Shown piece by piece: positions 27,119 to 39,487 of a stretch of DNA of 64,000 bases. The DNA is taken from NCBI GenBank assembly GCA_964016885.1, contig OZ024742.1, positions 375,038,001 through 375,102,000 of the forward strand, read 5' to 3'. Below the pieces are notes generated by a model. That model did not search any database, was not told where the DNA came from, and saw nothing but the letters and a program-made list of their open reading frames with translations. The position numbers were made by a program, and so were the translations under genes. Position 1 is the stretch's first letter, and each line of letters starts with the position of its first letter. The stretch is from Eledone cirrhosa (Eukaryota).

Positions 27119-29441
27119 ATGGAAAAACACTACCTGGATATGTCACTCAAAAACATACCAACCCAAGGTAGAAAGGAATATTTATTGAGCATGATTCAAA
27201 AAACTAATGAATTCATTCGACGTGTCAGGTGGAAAACGCTCCACTATGATAGAAGCCGTATGAACTCAACATTAGAAAGTGGTGTAAACAACAAATTCGG
27301 TTTTAGGACTTGTAAAAACCCACCCACCAACCCACTATTAGATGCATTTGAGCAGGACCTTATGAACTTAATCCTTAAAATTAAATTCAAAGGACGCAAC
27401 ACCAACAGCAAATTACAGAAAGATATAAAAAAACTACTGGACGACCTTAAAAACACCAAAGGAATTGTAGTAAAAGCGGACAAAACATCAAACCTGTACA
27501 CTATGGATTGCACTACATACAACAACTTCATTCGAAAAGAATTACATAAAAAATATAGAAAAACGAGTGAAGTAACCCTTAAGCACATCAATGATGAGGC
27601 ATGCGAAATAGTGAAAAATCTCGGAATCGAAGATAGGACAGGACCACTCTTACCGGCGGTACCCACCTTCAATCTTAAGGACCACAAGGTAAACTTTGAT
27701 AATGACCCTAAAATTAGATTAATCTGCCCCTCTAAATCAGATATAGGTAAAATAAGCAAATATATCTTAGATAGAATCATCCCCCAAATTAAGGCTAAGG
27801 TTAACATTAAACTCTGGGGGAAGACCCAAGAAGCAATAAAATGGTTTAATAGCATTAGCAATAAGAATAAATCTAAGTTTATCCAGTTTGATATCGATGA
27901 ATATTACTCATCGATATCACCTGAAACTTTGAATAGAGCCATTAAGTTTGCTAAGGATAACTCTGACCTTACAAACGATGAAATTAAGATTATATTAGAA
28001 GCTAGGAAAACTATAGTCAAATTTGAGAACAGTTATTGGGTACGTAAAGATAGACCCTCTAACTTTGACATAACAATGGGCTCTAACGATTCGGCGGAAA
28101 TAACTGATATTGTGGGGTTATTTATCGCCTTTAGACTCCAGGAAAAATTCAGCAATCTCCACGGCGGAATATACCGCGACGATGTTCTCCTCCTAGCTAA
28201 AAACCTTAATAACCAAAAACTAGAAAAACTACGCAAAGATATAAGAAAACTACTACTCGAAATAGGACTAACTATAACATATGAATACAACCTTAAAGTA
28301 GTTAACTTCCTGGATGTCACACTCAATTTAAACTCTGGTTTGATTAAACCGTTTCATAAATTGAACGAAAATCTCAAATACGTAAATGTTGGGTCTAACC
28401 ACCCCATCTCTATAATTAAATCTATCCCTAAAAATATTTCCCTTAGAATCTCGGGTCTATCTTCTAACATACAAGTATTTAAGGAACACGCCGAGTACTA
28501 CGATAACGCCCTTAGTAAAGCAGGCTACCTCAACAAAATAGAGTACATAGATGGGAACAATCAAAACACCCAAAATAAATCCCACATAGGTAGATATAAT
28601 AACACAACACCAAACCACACTTACTACCATAGTATGCACACCAGTAAACCAACAAACAAAACTAATAGAAAGCGATGCAAAGAGTACTTATGGTATAACC
28701 CCGAATACAATAGCTCCATTAGTACAAATTTACCAGTACTCTTCTTTAAAATAATTAAAAGACATTTTCCCACATCACACAAATACCACAAAATCCTAAA
28801 CCCTACCACTATAAGACTGTCATACTCTACAGCGTTAAACCGTGAACAACACATAAAAAAGATCAATACTAGAAGGTTAAACGAAAACACTAAGAACTTA
28901 AGTACAAAGAACACAAAAAAAAACAGTAGACAATACACTACAGAACATAAATAAACCACACCTAAGTTCGTCCGCAATACTACTCCAGAGAAAACCCAAC
29001 GTACACAACTGTAACTGCACCTATCCTGACAACTGCCCCCTCGGCAATAACTGCCTGGAAAAAAATATTATTTATAAGTGTACCATTAAATCCGGAGGCA
29101 ACGAGTGGTATTACGTGGGATCAACGGCAACATCGTTTAAATCTCGATTGTATAGGCATTCTTACTCAATAAAACACCAGAGCCAAAGAAATGTAACAAC
29201 TTTAGCAGAAAAGGCTTGGACGCTCAGGGATAGCGACCAAAAGTTTACCCTAAAATGGGAAAAATTAGCTAAAACCCAAAGCTTTTCCAGGAGCCAAAAT
29301 TTCTGCAAATTGTGTAATCTTGAGATTTATTACATAATCACACACAAGAAGAAACTGCTGAATAACAGAATTGAACGAACATTATTCTGCCGTCACAGAA
29401 CTAAAACCCTTTTTTCCCACTACAAGCCGAATATTACATAA
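27119..29441 (+). CDS. Penelope-like reverse transcriptase + GIY-YIG endonuclease, with one frameshift around 28902-28954
   Basis: KADKT, IQFDIDEYYSSI, ITMGSNDSAEI, YRDD, VNFLDV in 27119-28954; CNC..CP..C, IIYKC..YYVGST..FKSR, CKLC in the +1 frame to 29441. Confidence 0.93.
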
Positions 29442-29755
29442 AAGAGGGACATCCCCCAACTATATAACCTTAATCTAGTTAGAAAAATATAAAAACAATC
29501 TCTTCTCAACATATATTAATAACCTTAAATTACCATACTAATAATGAAAAGATATGCTGATGAGAATAGGTACAAATATGCGATAATGAATGTGTCTAAA
29601 AACGTCCATAAGTATGTATATATATGTGAAAATGTATATAAATAAGTAAATATATATATATGTTTGATGTGTATAGTTAGATGTAAGTGTATTCATGTAT
29701 TAAAGTGCTTATATATATATATATATGTATATATGTGTATATGTATGTGTATGTA

Positions 29756-29812
<57 letters not shown>

Positions 29813-30376
29813 GTATGTATATATGAGTATATGGATGTGTAAGTATGTGTATGTGTGTACACATGGACTAGAGTATGTATGTATATATGTGTGTGTCTAT
29901 ACGTGTGTATATAAAGATAAGTTGAGTATGAAAACGTATACACATGAGCGCGTATGTATGTACATGAATACATGTGTGTATATATATGTGTATGCATGTG
30001 TATATATATGTAAGTATGAATATGTGAATTGTGAGTATATGTATTTTGTAGAGGTGTGCAAATATATTTGTGTGTGAATGCGTGGGTGAAAGGATACTTA
30101 CACTTGAAAGAAAAATTTAAGTCTGAATGTTAATTAAGTGCAAACACAAAACCAACCACGCATATCTTTACTATCTCTAATCCTTCTATAGATTTAGAAA
30201 AATAACCAATAATATATTCTATAAAAAATGTCAAAACAACAGATGGGAATCTAATTACTCACTGCCACCAAGAATTCTCACTGCTATCGAAAAACCACTC
30301 CTTCAACTATTCTTCTAACAACTTCACCCCTCCCTCCTAATATTCTCTATAAAAACTAAACAGGTCCTCAGTAATA

Positions 30377-30493
30377 TTATTCTGATGAAATGACAGTAAA
30401 TAATAACATTGAAATATTGAATGTCTGCATAACTAAAAGTTTGTAGATAGCTGTTTTAGGTTATGTAACTGTTATAGAAACACGTGTCAATAA
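30377..30493 (+). ncRNA. Type I hammerhead ribozyme in the 3' pLTR (copy of 26798-26914)
   Basis: Same motif at offset 3579. Confidence 0.8.
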
Positions 30494-30527
30494 ATTCCTT
30501 TCAACTAAACTGTATCCATTCAAATCT

Positions 30528-30849
<322 letters not shown>

Positions 30850-30881
30850 AGATCAAAAGATGGTTAAAGGAGTTCCATATA

Positions 30882-30948
30882 TTTTATTATGCGCATTTCA
30901 AAAACAAACATCATCATGCAATAATATTTGTGTTTTCATCAGATAAAA
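30882..30948 (-). ncRNA. Type I hammerhead ribozyme (Penelope 2 pLTR, inverted arm)
   Basis: Reverse complement of 31037-31103. Confidence 0.85.
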
Positions 30949-31036
30949 TAGGGGAACATGATATGAAGGCTAAAAAACACTTGTGGATAGTGCAGTTTTA
31001 AATCAACATATTTAGCCTTCATATCATGTTCTCCTA

Positions 31037-31103
31037 TTTTATCTGATGAAAACACAAATATTATTGCATGATGATGTTTGTTTTTGAAATGCGCATAATA
31101 AAA
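31037..31103 (+). ncRNA. Type I hammerhead ribozyme (Penelope 2 pLTR)
   Basis: UUUUAU-CUGAUGA-AAACACAAAU...GUUUGUUUUU-GAAA-UGCGCA-UA-AUAAAA. Confidence 0.85.
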
Positions 31104-31226
31104 TATATGGAACTCCTTTAACCATCTTTTGATCTTATATTATGCATACTCCAGTCCCACAAACTGTAGAGTGCTTCTTATCCGATATCTGCATTTCTTT
31201 ATTGTACTACAATAAAACTCACCTCC

Positions 31227-31291
<65 letters not shown>

Positions 31292-31297
<6 letters not shown>

Positions 31298-32212
31298 CAA
31301 AATGAAAACGAAATTTCATTTCTCACTCTTATTATGGCACTTACTTAAATGTAAGTATGCATGTATACGTACATACATATATGTATACAGACGTACAGTA
31401 GCATGCACATATATATATATATATACATATATCGTTCAACTATCTGGCAGATGGGTAAACGGTGCTGATGATAGCTAACAAGCTTGAAACTAGTACATCG
31501 TTCCTGTGTCAGTGTTGAACAAAAAGGTGACGTGGTTGCCTTAACACCGTATGGCATAAATTCAGGCTGTTCAGTTTGTTTACAAACGAACAAAGCGACG
31601 TTATAATAAGCGCCGCTAAACTGATACGTGCATATATGTATGTGTACCTGTATGCATATGTATATATATAAGTATATATATATATGTGCATGCTACTGTA
31701 CGTCTGTATACATATATGTATGTACGTATACATGCATACTTACATTTAAGTAAGTGCCATACTAAGAGTGAGAAATGAAATTTCGTTTTCATTTTGTTTC
31801 AATTTATCGTTTTCGGTATGCCTGACCGATTTAACTCACTCAATATGCAAATTAGGCTGCTCAGCCGTTAATTTTCATAAGGAAAGTATATACTTTCGAA
31901 CGTTCAACTATCTGGCAGATGGGTAAACGGTGCTGATGATAGCTAACAAGCTTGAAACTAGTACATCGTTCCTGTGTCAGTGTTGAACAAAAAGGTGACG
32001 TGGTTGCCTTAACACCGTCTGGCATAAATTCAGGCTGTTCAGTTTGTTTACAAACGAACAAAGCGACGTTATAATAAGCGCCGCTAAACTGATACGTGCA
32101 TATATGTATGTGTACCTGTATGCATATGTATATATATATGTATATATATATATATATGTGCATGCTACTGTACGTCTGTATACATATATGTATGTACGTA
32201 TACATGCATACT
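31292..32212 (+). mobile_element. Non-LTR retrozyme array (468-bp period, HHRs at 31458-31502 and 31926-31970) with an inverted 5' piece (about 31292-31430)
   Basis: AACGGUG-CUGAUGA-U-AGCU-AACA-AGCU-U-GAAA-CUAG-UA-CAUCGUU occurs twice; 31292-31410 is the reverse complement of about 31686-31801; same unit as 58966-60019. Confidence 0.88.
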
Positions 32213-32224
32213 TATATATAAATG

Positions 32225-32789
<565 letters not shown>

Positions 32790-32792
<3 letters not shown>

Positions 32793-33189
32793 TATAGTAA
32801 AACCTACTCCAGCCAGTAGGCATCTCTAACAAAATACACCCCGTCCCACCACCCCCACTCCCACCCCATCCACACCACCCCGTTCTATGTAAAGTTATGT
32901 TGGTGCCGCGCCATCCAGGCCGAAACAAATGAGATCGTGTAGGTGTCACGACAAAAAAACACACAGTCCACGCTGTAATGTGGCCGTGTAGGCAACACGG
33001 TAAAAACCTCCCAGACCCACACTGTAAATGTGGTTGGTGTTAGGAAGGGCATCCAACTGTAGAAAACCTGCCAGACAGTCCTATGCGAGCAAGACAATCA
33101 CTCTTGCCTCAAGTGGGACTACCCCCGTCCAAACCCATGCAAGCGCGGAACACGGACGTTAAACGTTGATGATGATGATGATGATGATG
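32790..33189 (+). mobile_element. RTE-B 3' UTR copy
   Basis: Near-identical to 60517-60915; (TGA)n tail. Confidence 0.93.
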
Positions 33190-33226
<37 letters not shown>

Positions 33227-33250
33227 GTATGCGTCCCCCTTTATTTACGT

Positions 33251-33352
33251 GTCCCAACGACTTTTTTTAGCCGTTATTCGCACCAACCTGAGGCATATGG
33301 CCCTTAAAGCGATGAAATGCCGAGGACGGTTGGAGGGTCACTGATGAAGGAC
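33251..33352 (+). ncRNA. Non-circularly permuted hammerhead ribozyme motif with k-turn; predicted cleavage after A33297
   Basis: CCAACC-UGA-GGCAU-A-UGGCCCU-UAAA-GCGA-U-GAAA-UGCC-GAG-GA-C-GGUUGG-AGGGUCA-CUGAUGA-A-GGAC. Confidence 0.78.
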
Positions 33353-33975
33353 TCACTTTTTCATATGTATCCCATTTGCAACGCCGCAGCTCCATTATTA
33401 TCATCATATTTACACATATTACTTTTCCATGCTGCCTGTCTGTTTCGTTCCTTGTATCTTTACCACTTCTAGCAGTCTCCCTCTCTGTTACTCTCTCCTC
33501 AACTTTCACTCACTCATTCTCTGTCACTACCTCTCCTCCTCCTCTTTCCTCCTCCTCCTTCAAGTTTGACCTGTGTGTAATTCTTTTCTCGCGCAGTCTT
33601 GACCGAGCTGGTATGGAATTTTTTTCTCTCTCTCTTTCGTCTGCGACTTCACAAAACTTGCGTTTACCGAATTCGTAGACCAGACCACCTTATCTCCTTC
33701 TTCTTCTTCTTCTTCTTCTTCTTCTTCTTCTTCTTCTTCTTCTTCTTCCTCTTCTCTCCTTTTTCTTTCTCTCTCTCTCTCTTTCCCCCCCCCCCGTCAA
33801 ACTTGGGCGAAATTCTTTCCTTGCTCACATTTCTACCAGGTTCGATGGTCTTTCGTCTCTTGTTCACGATTTCACAGAGTTTATATTCATAGAGATCTGG
33901 GACTTGTCTATTTCTACTCACTTTCCGTTGCTTAAACCCTTTTGTTGTTACTCTAGCGTCCCCCTTTATTTACGT

Positions 33976-34077
33976 GTCCCAACGACTTTTTTTAGCCGTT
34001 GTTCGCACCAACCTGAGGCATATGGCCCTTAAAGCGATGAAATGCCGAGGACGGTTGGAGGGTCACTGATGAAGGAC
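33976..34077 (+). ncRNA. Second copy of the permuted hammerhead motif; predicted cleavage after A34022
   Basis: Same core at offset 725. Confidence 0.78.
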
Positions 34078-34082
34078 TCTTT

Positions 34083-34163
<81 letters not shown>

Positions 34164-34165
<2 letters not shown>

Positions 34166-37100
34166 ACTTTGAATAACTTTGAAATGTTTTGGCCAGTATT
34201 GGCCCAGGCCATGTCTAACTTAATAGCACCACCTGGCGAAGTCTTTCAATTCAGGATTTGGGCACCATGGCCCATTCGAGAAGAGAATTACTGTTTGCGG
34301 AGACATATCCGGGTGTGGGTGGTTTGTCCGGGATTACTTGGAGGAATTTGTCCAAAGACTTCTTGAATTTTGTGTGGTCAGTTTCTGTTTTGACGTGTCC
34401 TGGTGTGATGTTGAAGAGAGCAGGGCCGATTGAGGTGAAATAATTGTGCCGTATTGTTGTTATGAGTTGCGATTTAGATTTTTGAATGGGACGGATAGCA
34501 CGGGGCCCAAGCCTTGGGTGTATCTTGAAGGCGATGCCGACATCATTTGGGCAGTGATGATGGAACATTTTCCACATCATGCAGATAATATAACGCTCAC
34601 GGCGACGTTGGAGTGAGTAAAGTTTCAGGTTTTCTAGTCGACCCCAGTAGTCAAGGTCTGACATGCCATCTATCTTTTTCATGATTGCCCTTTGAGGAGC
34701 TTCAAGTTTCATGATACTTTGTTTCGTGTGGGGAGACCACAGTGGACAACAGTATTCAAGGTGTGGTCGGGCAAAAGTAGAGAAGAGAAGGATAATGGTG
34801 TGGGAATCTCTCGACTGGAAGGTTCTGAGGATCCAGGAACACATTCTGCGGGCCATGTCAACTTTGCTGCTTATATGCGTGGCCCAGCTTATGTTGCTGT
34901 CCACGGTTACTCCCAAGTCTCTGATGTCGTTAGATGCCACGAGAGTTTCCCCGGAGGGAAGGGAGTACGGGAGTTTCAGAGCATCCTCTTTTCCAAAGTG
35001 GATCAGTTCGAATTTGTCTTCGTTCAGTGACATGTTGTTGTTTTCTGCCCATTGGGTAACAGCCAGTAGGTCTGACTGAAGGCTTATCCGGTCATCCACG
35101 CCATTGATGACCTTTTGGAGCTTGGAATCATCAGCGAAAATTTTAATGTTGCTGTGTTTGATGATGTCAGTGATGTCATTAATATAGATGATGAAGAGAA
35201 GTGGGCCCAACACAGTGCCTTGTGGGACCCCACTACTGACTTTGGCTGGGCTGGATTTGACTCCTTCAACTACAACATGTTGGGTTCTATTTGACAGGAA
35301 GCTCTTGATCCACTGCAGCAGCTTTCCAGTGACACCAATATTGGACAGCTTTCTCAGTAGAATGTTATGATCAACCCTGTCAAAGGCCTTGCTGAAATCA
35401 AGGTAGATAACATCAGTGTTGGAACCCTCTCCCAAGGCTCTCAAAATGTCATCAAAGTGATGCAGTAGCTGCGTCAGGCAATCCCTTCCATTACGGAATC
35501 CATGCTGGTTGGAGTTCAGCATATTGTTACTCTCAAGGAAGTGGGTCATTCGCGATCTCACCACTCTCTCAAATACCTTAATGATATAAGAGGTGAGTGA
35601 GATTGGACGGTAATTCACGGCAAGGGATTTGTTTCCCTTTTTGAAAACTGGGACAACAGACTGGGATAGAAGGTTTTCTGGCACATATCCAGCATCCAGT
35701 GAGTTCCGCCACAGATTGGCAAGAGGAGATGCAAGTTGGTGTTGACACGCCTTCAAGACACAAGCAGGGAACCTATTGGGACCTACTGCTGAATTATGCT
35801 TGATTTCCTTTATTGCCGCTAAGACATCAGGGGCGCCAAACGTTATGTCCGATAAGGTGTAATGGGGAGTAACATCGCCGATACAGCCCAGATCGGCCAT
35901 ATCTGGATTGCTGAAAACAGAGCAGTATTGTTTCTGCAGTATCTCACCCATGGTTTTAGCATTGTCTTGAAGAGTGCCATTTTCATCAATTAGAGGGCCA
36001 ACAGTAGAGCCAGTGATTTTGTGTTTTTTTGCAAATGAAAAGAACACTTTGGGATTGAGTTTGATCTTCTCAATGGCCCAGGCCTCTTCAGCTCTTCTCT
36101 GATTGTTGATGAGGGACATTATGTTGTTTTGGAGGTTATGTTTTTTAATCTCTAGTGATGAAATGGCAGTCAAGTTGATGTGTTGCTGCTGACAGTATTT
36201 CAGCTTGTTGATTTTTTTGTTCGTTCTCTTAATTTTTCTGATGAGCGTTTTTCTATTTCTAGGGATTCTGCTCTTAGATTTGTTTATAGTTCTTAATGGG
36301 GTGTGTTTTGCACATATGTTTGTAACAGTGTCCACAAACGTCTGCCAGGACTTTTTGATGTTAGTGGGTGTATGAGTGTGCGTGAAGGACCAGTCGACAT
36401 GTGCAAGATCACGACTGATCGCTTCCCAGTTTGCATTGTGGAAATCCATAGCGTCAAACGGATGGACAGGAGAGATGACATTGGGTTTGTATATTGGACG
36501 GTGGAATCTCAGATCACAGAGAACCATGTCATGATCAGAGAGTAGAGTTTTCTCCACTGCAATATTGTGGATATTGTCAGTGTGATTGCTGAAAATTAAG
36601 TCTAGGACGTTTTTGTGGCACCTCGTTGGTTCGAGCACCAGTTGGGATAGGAAGAAATCATCCATGAAGTCAAGAAGCGATTCCACTGCTTCCCTGTCAG
36701 AGGTTGAGGCAGAAGAACCTGGTGGCAGGCTGTTTGTGGACCAGTCAACTCCGGGGAGGTTGAAGTCCCCCATCATTAAGATGTTGTCAGGGTGACACTC
36801 TTGGATGAAACACTTTATGCTGTTGAGGCATTCCTTGAAGCATGGTACAGGCGTTTGGGGGTGGCCTAGAACCCAACTACTATTAGGTTGTTGGTTTGAC
36901 TGAATACAGTGACTGCTTCACAGTATCCATTAGTGAATATGTTCATAGTCTCTGTTGAGAAAGAATTATGGACATAAATGGCAGTCCCACCCTTTCTTCT
37001 GCCAGCGCGATCAGCACGGATGGCTTTGAAATTTTTCACTTTCACCTCGGCTTCCAAGTGGAGGTTACTGAGATGGGTTTCAGTGAGGACGAAGAAAGGG

Positions 37101-37260
37101 ATGTGGTTTGGATGGACATCAATCCAGTCCTCCAGGAATTTGATCTTCCATTTTTGAGTATTGGTGGAAGGGCTGATGCCTTGGGCGTTAAGCAAAAATG
37201 TTGAGGCGAGAGTGGATGGTTTTAATTGTTTTGGTGTGTTGTTAATTTGTTTGTTTGTTA

Positions 37261-37262
<2 letters not shown>
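34164..37262 (-). mobile_element. CR1-group LINE family A (APE + RT ORF2), with a 2-bp deletion frameshift near 36866
   Basis: ORFs 36866-37195 and 34251-36776 are nearly identical to 48143-51163; 3' tail (TTCAAAGTTA)2. Confidence 0.96.
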
Positions 37263-37303
<41 letters not shown>

Positions 37304-37368
37304 TATGTATATGTATATATATGTATATGTATATGTATATGTATATATATATATATGTATATGTATAT

Positions 37369-37490
<122 letters not shown>

Positions 37491-37519
37491 GTATATGTAT
37501 ATATATATATATGTATATG

Positions 37520-37553
<34 letters not shown>

Positions 37554-37625
37554 TGTATATGTATATATGTATATGTATATATGTATATATATGTATATGT
37601 ATATATATATATATGTATATATATA

Positions 37626-38595
37626 TAGTGGACAGCTTCCGTTACCTGGGTGACAAAATCAGCAGTGGGGGAGGGTGCTCTGAAAGTACAGTAGCTAGAG
37701 TCAGAACTGGGTGGAAAAAGTTCAGAGAGCTTATACCACTATTAGCCGCTAAAGGGTTCTCCCTAAAAATGAAAGGCAGGTTGTACGATGCCTGCATACG
37801 AACAGCAATGTTGCATGGCAGTGAGACCTGGGCATTGTGTGCAGAGGATATACGCAGACTAGAGAGAAACGAAGCTTGCATGCTCCGCTGGATGTGTAAT
37901 AGTAATATACGTGAACGACAAAGCATAAACGAACTAAGGAAAAAATTATAAATAAGAGGGATCAGATGTTGTTTACTCGAGAGAAGGCTACGTTGGTATG
38001 GTCACGTGATGCGCATGAAGGACGATAGCTGTATAACAAAGTGCAGGGCAATAAAGATAGATGGTAGTCACGGAATAGGCAGACCCAGAAAAACCTGGGA
38101 CGAGCTGATAAACTCCGACCTCACACACTTACACCTCTCCAAGACAATGTCACTGGACCGAGACCTTTGGCGGTACTCAGTAATAGAGAAGACCCGCCTT
38201 GCCAGTAGGCATCTCTAACAAAATACACCCCGTCCCGCCACCACCCCCACCCCATCCCGCCACCACCCCCACCCCATCCACACCACCCCGTTCTATGTAA
38301 AGTTATGTTGGTGCCGCGCCATCCAGGCCGAAACAAATGAGATCGTGTAGGTGTCACGACAAAAAAACACACAGTCCACGCTGTAATGTGGCCGTGTAGG
38401 CAACACGGTAAAAACCTCCCAAACCCACACTGTAAATGTGGTTGGTGTTAGGAAGGGCATCCAACTGTAGAAAACCTGCCAGACAGTCTTATGCGAGCAA
38501 GACAATCACTCTTGCCTCAAGTGGGAATACCCCCGTCCAAACCCATGCAAGCGTGGAACACGGACGTTAAACGTTGATGATGATGATGATGATGA
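37626..38595 (+). mobile_element. 5'-truncated RTE-B copy
   Basis: [17 protein letters not shown]... to RPRKTWDE, 3' UTR and (TGA)n tail. Confidence 0.95.
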
Positions 38596-38597
38596 TA

Positions 38598-38896
<299 letters not shown>

Positions 38897-38902
38897 TGTA
38901 TA

Positions 38903-39037
<135 letters not shown>

Positions 39038-39106
39038 GTATATATATATATATATATGTATATATATAAATATATATGTATATATATATATATATGTATA
39101 TATATG

Positions 39107-39479
<373 letters not shown>

Positions 39480-39487
39480 GTATATAT

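Larger units (their letters stand above)
33231..34089 (+). mobile_element. Retrozyme-like non-coding element: ~130-bp direct terminal repeats at a 725-bp period, each carrying a permuted HHR, around a CT-rich body with a (TTC)n tract
   Basis: 33231-33365 is repeated at 33956-34089; flanked by (TA)n; no credible ORF. Confidence 0.85.

Noticed and set aside
27119-29600. Selenoprotein-type Penelope (in-frame UGA plus SECIS)
   Set aside because: Conserved Cys codons are TGT/TGC, the break is a frameshift with TAA, and I saw no convincing SECIS
33309-33347. SECIS or HDV-like reading of the ATGA...TGA segment
   Set aside because: No 11-12-bp SECIS helix with apical adenosines; G.U pairs and covariation favour the plus-strand hammerhead fold over a minus-strand HDV fold
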